DNA of 64,000 nt, taken from Balanoglossus misakiensis (Eukaryota; Animalia; Hemichordata). The notes below the pieces were generated by a model. That model saw only the letters and a list, made by a program, of their open reading frames with translations, was not told the DNA's origin and did no database searches. The translations under genes were made by a program, and so were the position numbers. This document shows positions 25,501 through 40,500 of the stretch, piece after piece (the first letter of the stretch is position 1; every line of letters starts with the position of its first letter). The stretch covers positions 8,755,124 to 8,819,123 of the forward strand of contig CM082596.2 of assembly GCA_040954595.2 (NCBI GenBank), written 5' to 3'.

Positions 25501-28500
25501 AGGGTAGTTTCAGTTTTCATTTGTGCAATCAAAGAATTGTCTAAACTTACCAACTGCTGTTCAAAGTCTGTTGAACTGATACTGTCCTGGGAAATCCAAG
25601 ATCCAGTACGTCCTTTCAGAGTGTCATCAGGCAGGCTTATAGTCGAAATCTTCCTCTCACTTCCGTCAGTTGCTACAACACAGAAAGAAGCTTTCAATTT
25701 ATTTTACAGTTTCTCTGAGATGATGCGTGTTCTTGCACGCCATGGATAACTGACACATGTACTTGACAAAAGAAATTTCTTACATTTGACCTCAAAAACC
25801 TTCCTCTAAGTAAAAATTGTGATGACAATTTGATGCTTTGAATTTCACATCCTAGCGCCCCTTTGAACCATACGTGCATTTAATCAGTTGCAGAGCCAGA
25901 TATTCTGACCATAGGCAAAGTTATTTCCTTGTGACAATGACATGTTTGTTGTGAAAAAAATGAGGTTAGTACAAATCAGATCAGTTTGACATTAAACTGA
26001 GATGACACCAAATATGCCTCACCTTGTGTTCCCCACAATTCTATGACCAATGCATGAGTTTGTATATAATTTAGAAACTCCACAGTTACTGGGTTTATGG
26101 TAAATTGTTTTTTGAATCCAAACTTGGGATTAATTGTATTCCATACTGTCTTGGTTTTGAATCCTTCTGGACAACTGTAGAAGTCAAATCTGTAAAAAAT
26201 AAAAATAAAAATTATAATACAGTAATAATATCCATGTTCTTTCATTAACGCGCGCTAAATGTTATCCAATGGGGCGATGGGTATTACACGGACAGAAACT
26301 ACAATGTGCCAGACGACAGTTTCAGATACAAATTTGGATAATTTGTGGCCGTGTGAGAAATATAATCTCATACAAGAGGACATCTTGTTTCACACAAACT
26401 GCAGGTGAGTGTGAGACAAAATTCCAGGTGGTAGGCAGGAAGGATATCAAGATCAAAAACTTACTTGCACATGACTCCTCGTCGATTCTCTTCCTTGATC
26501 CACTTGACACCAAGACAATGTGACAGAGCGACCATAAAATCTAATCTTTTTTTCAATAATTCATGCGGATCCAACACCATAGATTCATCGCCAAGGAGAC
26601 TGGAATCAAGAATAAAATTCATCAAAATCACTTGAAATAAATTTTGTGGATCCAAACTCTTATCTCAAAATCTCTAAGCAGATAACTTAACTGCATAAAA
26701 TTAAAAAGTAATCGAGCAAGATAGCTGTTTTTTAATTGAGGTTTCATTTGTTAATTTTACCAGAACATAAATAGGTACCAGTAAAATTCTAAAATTATAT
26801 GACTGCCTTCACTTTATTTCAAGCAAACATTATTAATAATTCAGAAACTGGATAATAGACATTTGCTACATTTCTTTAAACTTGCATATATGTGCAATTG
26901 CATTTTACAATGGTAAAAGTCACATTACACATACAACATAAATTGGCTTGCGATAAATCTAGCAGTAAAATGTCATGGAAAACATTAGCTGTACATAAAG
27001 ACATACCAGAAGTCTATGTTTTTTAATTATAAATTTAAATAATTATTTTTTCTCATCAAAAAAATTTGAATGAAGCACCTAAAATTTCTTATCTGAAATA
27101 AATGAGAGCTTTGCTGTGATTACGATCTACTTACTTTCCTTTGGTGTTACAGGGTTGTAAGGAACACTGTAAAATAGCTTCATCTTTGCCGGAGTAGTTC
27201 TGCACTTCAATTTGATCGTCAACTCCCATCAGATAGGCTAAACTCTGAAGCCAGACATGAGCACTGATAAAAAAAATGTGAATAAACCATCAATATTAAG
27301 TACATACAGTATGATACACACAGGTTATGAAAATTAAAATATTTTGCCATTAACAACACCAATGCTGTAGTATAATTTATATATTATTACCCTGATGTTA
27401 ATCATTTGAAAATATTGGTAAATTCATTTGAAATAAGCTGCAACTTTTGGCATTTATTTTCATGATTTACTTTCAGGTTGAAAAAATGATCATCCACACC
27501 CCTGGGTGTGTTGTGTTCGCATGCAGTTTCAGCTGGCTGTAAGAAATCTTCATTTCACATGTCAAAAATCAAATATAAACATCCTGGGTGTGTCGTGCAC
27601 ACTTGCAATTTCAGTTTGCTTTCATTTCACACGTCCAAAGTCAAAACTAACATTTATCAGAGAAACATGGTCAATCATGCATCCACTCACCTGCCAAGGA
27701 AGATATCTTCTACAGGGTCCCAGAACGGATCATGGCTCTGAAAATGACAGCACCATCATGATTAGGACAAACTGATATAACAATGTCACAGAATTACCAT
27801 TATGTATGCAAAGACATACATGTACTACTGTACAATGCGAAATTTTCGCGACAGGAAATTTTTGCGATATCAGCAGAGGTGATTATTTTGTGAAAATTAA
27901 TTTCTTATCTCCAAAAAACATTCTACTGTACACATTATTCTTTCGCGACTATTTATTTTCGCTTTTTAGGGGCCTATGGCGAAGTTAGTGAAAATTTATT
28001 TTTCGCAAAAAATTTCTGTTTTACAGTATTTTGGTGTTCACGTGATGTTAACATCTCCAGAATCTAAATTTAAACTTCCTAAATGTTTAATAATATGTAC
28101 AAGCTCCTGTTTTATACCTTGGACACTTTCCAGAAAAAATGTTTGAGCATTATCATACAGGCATTGTTGAGTACTACCCAACACTTCATAAAGCTATCCA
28201 GAGTAGACCAATTGCAAGAAACTGAAGTTAATATACGGAAGAAAAATACTCCAAAAATACTAGTAGCCAAAAGTAAAGAGTAACTGGGGCTATAACATTT
28301 TCACCCCCAGTTTCCTCTTTGAAGGTCCAACTTTACAATAGAAAACAATGGATCTGGACTAAACCACGGTGGTGAATGGGTTAATGATGGCACATACTCC
28401 GCCTTTCATGTGACTCACCCTATCAAGAGTTGCAATATTTATTTCATCATCTAGATGTTTCTGATAGAGTTCTTCAATTATGAACTTCCTGTTGATAAAT

Positions 28501-31500
28501 TTGGCTTTGGACCAAATCCACACTTGATTGGTGTCGACATCAGTAACCTTGACTTCAATCTCTTTGGCTTTGTCCCGACCTTTGACATCGTGTGACGCCA
28601 GATTCTTGATGAAGGGTTCAAACACCAGAACCTGTCACATGAGAAAGTGGATCAGCATCAAAAGAGGTGTTACAATTATTATATGAAAAACCTGCCACAG
28701 AGCACAATATTCCTTCAAGCCCCATGAGCAGCAACTCGATAAAAAAAAATTCAAGCTTTAAATAATCTCGGATATGTTTTAATTCTGTCAATTAAATGAT
28801 ATCGCCTGATAGTACATGTATATCAAGAAAACACTTACTTGTGACAAAATGCCCCAAAAAGTAATATCAGAAAGTTGAAAAATTCCCGCAAATTTAAAAA
28901 AGGTAAATATTGCAATGATGATGGAAAATGTAATGTTTCAGTGGAGTACAGTACTTCCATGCATTCTAGTGGATGAGATCATGCTTTGTTTATAATGAAG
29001 TTTCAAAGTGGTGAATGCAACGTTTTCATTGTTTTGCATTTTCCCACAGTGGCAGCCATATTCCTTCAATTTGCGGCAAAGATTTGTTATTTATCTGGTT
29101 AATACTGGCATTTGCACTCACACTTTGGGTTTACAATACTTGTAGATACTTCAGTGACTACATTTGTATGGACTAATATTAGTAAAGTGTGAAAATAAAT
29201 TTCATGATTATTTCTCAAAAGTTAGGCATCTCATGGGGCTTTAATGTCAAATCTGCATACCAATTTCATTTACATTCAGATGAAGCAATTCTTTCAGCAG
29301 GAACATTTTCCTTTATATTTTTGTCATTTAAAAACAAACATCATTATGATACAAATGTAGTGTTTAATAGCGAATGTAAATTTAGGTCTTGACAAGGTAA
29401 TACCTTATAACATGCACTGAAAGACATATTTGTTTGAAAAACAACCATTGGATGCCACTGAACAGAAGAACTTCTGGATTTTGGCACCATATAAATTTGT
29501 TTGTTTGTTTGTTGATTGATTGATTGATTTATTGACTTTCATTTTTGCTACACAATTTTTATGCTGATGATGCAACACTTGGGCAGTTTTTGTCATTTCT
29601 GGGAAAAACTTCAAAATTAATTAAAAGTGGCCTCATCACTGCCCATTCAATGCTTTATTTGAATATATCACATTAATTCACATTTATTTTAGGAAAGTAT
29701 GGCTATTATATCCCACTCAATAAAATTGAAATTTGCCACTTAGTATTCATGATTTTTTTTTCAGTTTAATATTTACATAACAATTAATGTACAACAAATA
29801 TGCATGAGATGTGTATCACTAGAAGAATGAATTTCCCTGCAGGTGAGTCCTTTATCATTCCATACATTGTGATAAACATCCCATTTTAGATTAGAATGTT
29901 GGATTAATATTTCATGATGGCACAGGTACTGGTAGTTGAAAGCACAGGTACTGGTAGTTGAAAGCACAGGTACTGGTACAGTTGAAAGCCTCTGACTGAG
30001 TGTCAATTCTCTGAAACATTCCTCCTATATATGCATCAACAAATTTATTAATGAAATGATTAGAATGAGTAATTGCCAAATCCATCTAAACAGCCATTAC
30101 ATTGGTAACAAAAGGGTTGTTGTCAAAACTGTGAATATGATCAAATATTGCATCTTTTTGACAGAAATGTGGTCAAACCTTACATGAGACATTTTTGACA
30201 TTGACAGTTTGCTATGTTATTATTAGAGTGAAGTGGTCATCGCGCCGAGCTTGCGCGTGTTGGTGTCCCCCCTTGGGTGAGAATATGTCCCAGAATGCCT
30301 CACTGATCTTTGCAAAGTACTACGGATGATAGTGCAGCGAGTTTCACCGACATACAATTTCATCTTCAATGGTGACTACGCTACGTAGGGCCTCTTCGTC
30401 CATTCTAAAAATTATCTAATCGCAGGAATTTGTGGGTAAATTCTAATGTTTATCAAAACAAAAACAAACTCAGTGCGCAAGCGCGGCATGACGACCGCTG
30501 CACTTCAACCTCCATGTTGTACGTCCAATTGTGTGGCTATTTGAATTGCTGCTGAAGACCATTTTCCGCTTATTGCAAGAACTCACCAGGCTTGGTTAAT
30601 TACCGTGGCAACAAGTTACCAGCTAGTGATACAAGTCAAGCTTTTCATGAAACTGAATATTTGCATAAGAGTTTTAAAAAAAGTTTTGTGCCGTTTTAAT
30701 AACACGAACTGGGCCATTGTGTTGTTTGTCCTTGGTCATGTGAGAGTGTCCTCCCAAATATCTGCATAATGACGCAAGTTTAATAGAATCTCACACACCA
30801 AGGACCTGGGATCATATTTCTCACACGAGTTAGGTATTTTCTGTCCCACACGAGTGCGAGAAATATGATCCAGGTCCTTCGTGTGTGATTATATTTCTCA
30901 CACGGTCACAAATTAGCCAAATTCGTTAAAAACCATTGAATAAATGATTCTGGAACTGTTGTCTGGGTACGTTGTAGTCTAGCTGTCCCTATAATACACA
31001 TCGCGCTATTGGATAACATTAAGCGCGTGTTGCAAAAGAACGCTTTGTCAACCAATCAGCGCTCGCGTCATATACAGCTTTTGATTCAGTGAGAGTGTGG
31101 GATCGATTTGTTCTCACACTCTGATCCCACACTCCCAGCGTGCCAGAAGTGTGAGAAAACTATATCTGCTCTATATCAGAAGACAGTGGAGAGTTTGAGA
31201 CACAGAACAAGTCCTGATATTGTTGCTCATGACTAAGGTTTTTTACTCCTGATTGTTTCTCTATAACCCAGAAATGATGGGAACCTAACCCAGTACAACG
31301 GGGTTTAAAGGTATACAGTCACCTCCAATTTACATACGCCCATTTATGGCTGAAATGGAGTATATATTTTGAGCGTTCTAAAGAACAAATTGTGGCGCTC
31401 TTTCTTTCGCTTGTGCCACCCACTGAAAATCTGTGATTGGCTAGATCTCAATTTACCATGGTAACTATAGCTCAATTTGCATAGGTGACTGCACCTTTAA

Positions 31501-34500
31501 TGTGCCTGTTGGATAATGCATAGCAAAGCTAAGGGCAAATGTGAGCCACTATCTACCTTATTCATCTCTTCACTCATAGCATTGACCTCTGCTATCATTG
31601 GCAATAACTTGATGTAATCCTGGTAGATCCTCAAGGCAGCCGGGTCCAGCCCACTCTCGTCGCTTTCTCGGTGAAAGAATTCCTGGTTTGAAAAGCCCTC
31701 TGCTTCTGCCAACTCCGACTGGAAAAAGTCATAATCGAATCTCTGTATGTCCTCCTTGGAGGTTCTTTCTGATGGGAAACCAATGTACAGAAATATACTG
31801 TTGGATCCAAACTTGATCCGATCCTACGTGAAGAAACAAAAAATATCAAATATTATGATGCTGATAACCACAGTGTCAGTGAAGAATTCTTGAAACTAGT
31901 ATTGTTTTGTAGACATGGTAACAGAGACAATGACACTGAAATTCTATCACACATCTAGAATTAACAGTTCACACCCAATAAACCCCCAAATTGTCCTTAA
32001 AAGATTAATGAAGAGAGGCATCATTTTTGCAGATTTTAACAGTGATGGGAGGGCTCAGGAGGGGCTATAACATACAACATGGGGAGGGACATAGTCATGG
32101 TGGGCTGTTATGCAAGTTGGGAATGTGTTTTAATAATTGTATAACAGAATAAGTACACTTCAGACCTAACAATGAGTTACATCACAAAACTACATGTTCA
32201 ATGGAGCTCCAAAAGTCATATTAATTTTGCACAACATACTGACCCCAAAAGCATATCAAAAGTCTACAATCATTACACGTTACTTCCCATACAAGCTGGG
32301 TGAGTTCTCACCAAAAGAGGGCGCTCTTCACAACCTATAGGTTTTTAGAACATAAGTTTGTGCAAGACTCAATTTTGGAACCCATTATCTTAGCAGTAAA
32401 ACAAAATAATCCCAAATTCATTTTATTAATGGGAAAGGTAATTAAAAGGCAATCAGTTGTGCAAAATTGATATGACTTGAGCTCATAGTCATATTTTGGC
32501 CAAATTTTACAAAAAAAGGTTTTTAGCAAGTTTGTGTGTATGTATAGAGCATTAAAGGGACAAAGTCTCTCTCTCGCTGCCCCTTTTTCCATTAATAATG
32601 TTTGATACAAGACACTGTTTATGTTATTCTACATGTGGATATATAGTGAATCAACATTCGACCACACACAACTTCCATCCTGTTTGTAAGATATGAGAGT
32701 AAAAGTCTCACTAAAATGAATAAATGGTAAACACCGATTATTCATTTTGGCGAGTGTTTTACTCTCGTGTCTTCAAGTGGGATTGAAGTTGTATGTGGTA
32801 AGACGTTGAGTCACTATATATCCACATGTAGAATAATATAAACAGTGTCTTGTATCAAATATAATTAATGGAAAAACGGCAGCGAGAGAGAGACTTTGTC
32901 CCTTTAATAGCAATGCAATGTATCACTCATCATTAAGGAACTCAAATACTGAAGAAGTTTTAACAGATATTGATTTTGTACGTATATACAACCCTCAGTA
33001 CTCACAACTTGCAACCAGACGACAGTTCAACAGAGAATCATAACTACATGTAAGGCATGGGCACATACAATACACAGATGAACCATGACACAGGTCAGAT
33101 TTGACTTACCAAATGTTGAAGTGGTCTTTCTTGTGTCACTACTTGGCCATTGATAATAGTTTTTGCGGTATCTGTTGGCTTCAAAGTTACCGATTGGCCG
33201 GTGTTATCAATTAAAACATGACAAGCATGAATTCTGTAATCAAACACAGACATGCAATAGCGTTAAACTTAACAATGTCATTCATATTTACGTTAATTGT
33301 TAAATTTTAATACAGCCCCTACATTTAGCATATTGGAAATTTTGTCATTTCTTTTAATTGTGAATTTTTAGGTTTTTCTTTGGTGGGGGCTCTCTCAAAT
33401 GCATGTTAACCCTTTCACCAAAATGGTCCAATCCAAATCCATTGTTTTCTATGGTACGGTTGGACCTGAAAAGAGGAAAGTGGGGGTGAAAGCTTTAAAG
33501 AAAATTGTGTCACCCTGAATGAATTTAGTGGATAAAACAAAACAGTGCTGATTCAACTGAGTTTGCCATGAATGGTTCTGTGGTGAAAGGGATAAACTGA
33601 TAAAGTGTACTCACCCCAATCCATGGAGTTCTATTTTATTTCCATCTGGAGAATTGCCAGCCTTTCCAATGACCGTCTCTCCAACCTGTAGCGTGTATTT
33701 GATAATACCCGATAACTGCGGATCTTCATTGATGTTTTGTAAAAATGGATACTGCTCTGCTAAATCAACCTACAGTAAGAAAAAAAAATAACAGCTTTCA
33801 TAATATTTTCAAAAAATTATTCCTTGAATGAAGGTGATTTTAATGTACATGTGTATATGTAGTGAATGAACGTTCAACCACACACAACTTCTATTCCTTT
33901 TGTAGGATATGAGAGTAAAAAATCGCCCCAAATGAATAAATGGTAGAGACCGATTATTCATTGAATGTTGATTCAATATTATATCCACATGTAGAATCAC
34001 ATAAATGGTGTCTTGTATCAAACATAATTAATGGGAAAAGGGCAGCGAGAGAGAGACTTTGTCCCTGGCTGAGAGAAGCTTGGCCTGCAGATGCAACCTT
34101 ACTGGTTGAGGGCGCCATCACTGTGCAACATGTAAATAGCCTTGTAGTGAACAGTGGGCTGTGAAAGAGTCGAGACAAGTGACACATGCCCACTGATGTA
34201 TAGATGTATATAAGATGTATTTATTTGTACCACTATCATGCAACTTATCCTGCGTTTATTTTCCACAGAACACTGCGGTAGTTTGAGTGCGACATTTTAT
34301 TCCAGAGCAGTCCACTTACATTTCTCCAAATCTACTCATTATTTGTAACTTTCTACTGGTTAGCTGAAGAGAAATTATCAAGGATTAAAAAATGCAATTT
34401 TTTTATAGCTTGATGTTACCGAATAAATTCACCCATGTCGCTCAGTAAGCACGAAGATCAAGGGAGCATTTCACACCAGATTTAACCCTTTCACCCCCAG

Positions 34501-37500
34501 TTCTCTCTATAGACGTCCAACTTTAATTAAGAAAACAAAGGATTTGGACCGAACCATTGTGGTGAAAAGGTTAAGTTCACCCCACTGGTGTACTATTATC
34601 CCTTTAATCTCCCTACTTCACTTGTTTTTAAAAAGAGAAAATTTACCTCTGATTTGTGTAAATTTGACATTTCCCACTCTCTACGCGCTTGTTCCAGTCT
34701 CTGTTCCCATGTCGTCTCCACTTCCAGCATTTTTCTCTCGTTCTCCTTCAGTAACATTGCCAAATCTGAAAGTCCGAAAAATGTACAGTTTTAATAAGAA
34801 CTATGCATTCATAACTGAAGACACACACTACTGACTTTACCCCTAAAAGTTAGATTCAAAACAGTTATTTGGTTATTCAATATCGACTTATCAATACAGT
34901 AGTATATGCATGGTCTAGCCAAAGCTGCTAGTTGCTATGGTTACATGCTGGAGTAAGTACAATGTACCTTTGTGGGCAACTACACTTGACACAGGAAGGC
35001 AGATTACTGCATCAGAAGTTCCATCGATAAAGATCGTCAGAATTTTAACCCTTTCACCACCATGGTTCAGTCCAAACCCATTGTTTTCTTTGGTAAGGTT
35101 GGACATCTTAAGTGGGGACTGGGGGTGCAAGGGTTAAACCTCTGATAACATCTTTATTATTGGAAACACTGATTTGCTACTGTACCTTCACTTGACCTGA
35201 TCACCCCCAGCATCTTGTGTTATGGTACATCCGTACAATCTTCCTTAATGCTTCTATGGATGCAATGGAAGATTCCACATGATAGTGGGGGTGCCAGGTT
35301 TATCAACTGGTACTTGACTGTGTGTTTGACTAGTAATGTTACATTTCCAATGTACTAATAATTAAATCATTCTAAACCAGCTCTAATATCTAATATTTTT
35401 ATTCAAGGAGACAAAATTTACATGTAACTTTCCAAAGAGGTGAAAGGTCAACAAAGGAGGCAGAATCCAGCCACCGGCCATTGACCCTTGATACAAACAT
35501 CACTGCATAGCTCAATCAAACCAATGATACATTACCAATCATTTCATACCAGTATTTACAATATTTCATCTTGTACAAACTTTGGTTCACTTGTTGAAGT
35601 AGCTATAAGTAGTGGAATGATACGATTTCAGCTGAAACTGTCATGTTCTCCAATGTAGACTGAAAATTTGGGACCAAAGTTGACATTATCTGGTACTTAG
35701 ATTTATTATTTGTAATGATTAACCCTCCCAATGCCATAGTCGACTTGAAGTTGTCGACTTGTTGTCACTTTTCACAAAATTGCCCTCATAACTTTTAATT
35801 TATGTGCATTTTTTTCTTCTAATATTTCTATCAAGAACTGCAGGCCATGGAAAGTTGTGTCCATTTGATTTAAAATTATGTGGGAAATAGGGAAAAATTA
35901 GTGAAAATGACAAAATTTGTGAACCCGGTCCGACAGTGTAAAAAGTGGCATACATTTTTGAGGATGCACTTTCCTACAAGTACGCCTCAAATGTCCTAAC
36001 TAAACTTTATATCAAGTTTACCATTCACTGTATCTGTGCAAATTGGAAACAAGACATTACAGTCAAACCACAGTCAACCAGCATTTCGGGTGATATGTGT
36101 GACACACCAAGTGAAGACAGTGATTTGGGAAGATTGTGCGTGGATGGGTGGGTCAGGATACAAGCAAGCACTGCAAAAGGGTTGCCTCCAAGGAACTTAA
36201 ACTTTCCAGGCAGTTTATGACACATCAAAAGATTACCATATTCAGTGATATCTTTGTCCTTGAAATAATTTTCAAGGTACTCCACCACTTCAGGAAAGAA
36301 TTGAGGGAAAAAAAGAGGAACATGAATCATGAGAAAAAAATGCAAGTCATATGATACAGTCAATCGATCTTGTGATTGTTGATAGCAGAAAGAAATCATA
36401 TCCCCGTCAATTTCCCCAAATTGCAAACATTCAATTTTACTATGAAAATAGAGATAAGCCTCGAAAACTTTCACATATTATAAACACAGTAGGAACAGAG
36501 ACTGAATGTTGTAAAACTTGGATAAACGTTCATCCTTGTTAGGAAAGAAGGAATGTTGTGCAATGGAAATTGACAGGGAGTTGATTACTTTCTTAGGCCA
36601 TAATACGCAAACTGTAATACAATCCAAATGGAAACACTGGCTGTAAACTATGATGTATATTCAACATGAAAAGACTTGTGAGGTCACTGTGGCACATTAT
36701 GCAAAATGATGTAAATCGGGAAATTTTCGCGAACAAACTTCGCAGAAGCCATAAAAACACTTAAAAAAAATAAAGTCATGTAAAATGTTTTTTTGGACAT
36801 AAGGACGCAGTTAATGAAATTTGATAATGCAAAAAGTAATCGTATATAACAGTTGCCTCTTTTGATATCGCGAAAAATTTCCTGTTGTGAAAATTTCCCG
36901 CTTTACAATATTGTCTGCAAACCTTGCAGAGTGCCACAGTTCTGTGGTAGAGGACAGGTGTTCAGAAACAGGATGTAAATTAGTGGGTCAACAACCTGTA
37001 TGGAATGCTGTCTTTTGCTTTTATTGGGCAGTTGAAGCAGCGCCCGTCACGTACTCAAGTCTCAATATTCCAATTTCCAGACTCACAACAGCAGAACTTA
37101 ATGGGGAATGCAACGAAAGTAAAAGTCAACCGAGAAATCAATGATTTATCATAATATACTTTGGAGTCACATTTCGCATACCTTGCTAAAATTTGATACT
37201 GTCAATGGAATGCATTGTTTCTAAAATCTGAACGAGACAGTTCGGACAATTAACAATTGCCCTTCAAGTAATGCAATACATTCTGGACTGGAGTGAATAC
37301 GCTTTGCACTGTATATAGAGCACTTAAATACAGAAAGACTAGGAAAGGTGATACATTCAGTTGTTTTCATCGCATGACTGTAGGCATTTTCCACTCTACA
37401 CTGCAATACTGTTGGTAATGGGGTACTGTACAGTCTTATGTCAAAAGTCTCCAAGGCACTCTGAGTTATTAAGGTTCCTCACAAAACACCTACAACACCC

Positions 37501-40500
37501 ACAATTATGTAACTACTTTTGAGACTTTAAATGATGGCTTTATCTAAACCGGTCATGCATGTCGCTGTGACAACACAACACAACAAGCACTCAACAACAA
37601 GGAACTTCAGACTCGTACATCTCCTCAGCCCAGTATGACTGCCTTTGGTGAGACAAACTCTCACTGGTGACAAAAGGAGATTATCAATAGCTAAAGGGCC
37701 AACATAAAGATTTCTATAAAATGTCAAATTGACTCAAAGATTTTGAAATGTTGTGCTCATTAAAGGGCACACGGAAGGGGGGGGGGGGGATGCTTCTCAG
37801 CACGATCACACACTCTAAGACACGACCATTCAAACAGAGAATCAATCTTCTTGGCGTTTCACAGACAAAAAGGGCAAATCTGAGATAATCTTCTTACCGG
37901 CTCCCCCTCCTTTCCTTGGACCCCCGCCTTGCTGTTTCAACATCGCCTGCAGTTTGGCATTTTCTTCTTTCAACTCTCGGATTAGTCGGTCTGTGGGACT
38001 TTCGTTGATGACCGCCTTGTTCTGAATCTTCTTCGCTCTGTCCGCGTAACGCAGCGTTGATAAGGTTTCGTCGTAGTTGATATCTGCCGGGCTCAATGCA
38101 GCAATCTGTTGAATATCAGAATATTTCATAGTTAATTAACCATTGTACTGTTCTCCCATGTGGTCTCTGATTCTACAATTTCCCTAAACAGATACATTCA
38201 TCTGAGCATCTTTTTTTTATTATTCAAACTGTTTATACAGTAAATGTTATTGCAGTTCAACAGTAATATACTATAAAACGGGAATTTTTCATGACAGGAA
38301 ATTTTCGCGATATCAAAGAAGGCAACTGTAACGCGACAATTAATAAATTAATATTCGCATTCTCGTATTTCACTGCATCATTATCTCCCAAAACAGTTTT
38401 ATGTTACTTCTTTGTTTTTGCTTGGCTCTCGCGTAGTTCGTGAAAATTTTTCAATATGCTTAGTTGCTAAATGCCACACATGTTGTACTAATTCAATGCA
38501 ATTCAATAATGTTTAATTCTTCCCAAATACTGCTGGGCAATTCATAGGTTAAATACGGAGTCGGGAAATACAGTGAGTCTAGCCGGTTTATTTCATTCAA
38601 AAGCTGCACTGGTTGGAAATTGAAAGTAATCGGGTACTACACTTATGTGTGCACACTAATATATGGCCCATTGAATCAGCCTTCGCAAACCTTAGTATTA
38701 ACAGTTTCATTTTACATGTGCACATTGAAGCAAAAGGTATGTGTTACTTTGTTAGTTTATAGTTTCAAGAAAGATTCGGTCTGTGACCACTGATAACATT
38801 CCACTAACATTTTCACCTGAGCAATTTGTTCAGTCCGATTATGTTAATGATATGGCTTGCTCCACATACAGAGAAATGGGGGTGAGGGGAGGGGGGGGGG
38901 GTTAACCTTTTGACCAAAATTTACATCAATGGAAATTCTATTCAGATAAGACATAAACCAAAATAATATTGCTTGAGGGAAACTTTTTCTTTGGTTTGAA
39001 GCTTTGTGTATATTAAAACATTATCACAAATGTAGGCGTTATTGAAATTGACAGGTCTTTGTGTATATCTATAATGAAATGAATGCAACAGGTTCATGTA
39101 TGTCTGAAATCATCCAGGCTTGATAAAAAGGAAACTTCATCTACCGGTATAAGTTCTTATTTCACTCACTTTCCAGCAACCACAGTAACCACAGTAACCA
39201 TTGTAACAAATGACAATGCTCTAATAATGCCCTATACCTGTAAGGTGGCGTCAGCTGATACCTTTGTATACAATCTCAAATGTGTGGTGCTAGGCAACTC
39301 AGCCATTAGCACCACTGGGCACCAGTCGGATTGGCAAGTAACATACATGTTCAACGCACTGTTGCCTACTGATTTGCCTTTTGTTTCATATCACTGCTGG
39401 TGAGAATCTCACTGTGAAAGAAGTTTACTGAGAGACTCGGCACTTGCCAACAACATCATATGTAGAAGAATATGCACAACTGGATGTTAATCACACATAC
39501 CATTATCGTCTTACTGTTACCCCCAAGTGCTCCTTGTAGAAGTTTTGTTAACACAGAATCTCTGTATGGAACCAACACTTTCTTTTTCCCCATGGCTTGG
39601 TCTGCTAAAGCACTGATAAAAAAAAAGTGAACCATTTTATTATTAATAATGTCAAATGTATACGATATTATACCGGATTTTATACCGGTATATAGACCTG
39701 ACAATGTACAGTGTTTCATCCAGGATGGCATTAACAGGAGGGATATGTCCCCCTTCGCCAAAAGATTTGGGGGGGGGGGGGAGATTCCACTCTGAAAAGG
39801 GGGATTGTAATATGTCCAACATGTGAGTATGGTCCTCCCTTGACAAACTATTAGGGGGTGCCAATTGCAACATGTCAACAGGGGAAAATCCCCCCCCCCT
39901 CTTTGTCTTGATGAAGCAGTGCAATGTAGGATTAGATAATGTAAAATATATTAATGTAGGATTAGATAATGTAGGACCAGATAGTGTAGGATTAGATAAT
40001 GCCAAATTGACTTGCACAATACAAAGCAATATACCACATGTTATATAATGGTATTTTTTTTTTACCTGATAACATTTCCTAATGTTGACAAACTCTGATT
40101 GATTGCTGATCCTTCTTTGAGTCTGTCACCTGTAGCACCTGTGGAATCTGCACGCTCACTTCCAGCCAGATCCACTAAATTGATTTCACTGCTCTTGGTT
40201 GTACTTTCTCCAAAATCATTGATAAAAACCTGGCGAGAAAAAGTGTTCTATAAAGTGAGTGCATGTGATCAAAATCATTATACAGCTAAAGGGTATGAAG
40301 AAATTGTTCGGTTTGCAGAGATGTCTGGTGAGGTTTTTTTCACATGTGGTTCTATGTAAAAGGGGCAGGAATACTAGCTGTACGTGTTTGATATAGACAG
40401 GTTCGGTTTAGACAGGTTTTACTGTATCTAATCTCTATTGGCTTATAATTTTGTTTGCACGACAGGGGTTTCTTTGTAGTCGTTCCCCATGTGTGTCTAT

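Noticed and set aside
34315-34360. Possible kinesin micro-exon (followed by gtaagt on the minus strand)
   Set aside because: The flanking exons 34765-34647 and 33769 onward already join in phase 0; there is no support without RNA data.
36025-36474. 149-aa minus-strand ORF in a kinesin intron
   Set aside because: No recognisable domain, and not needed for the kinesin reading frame.
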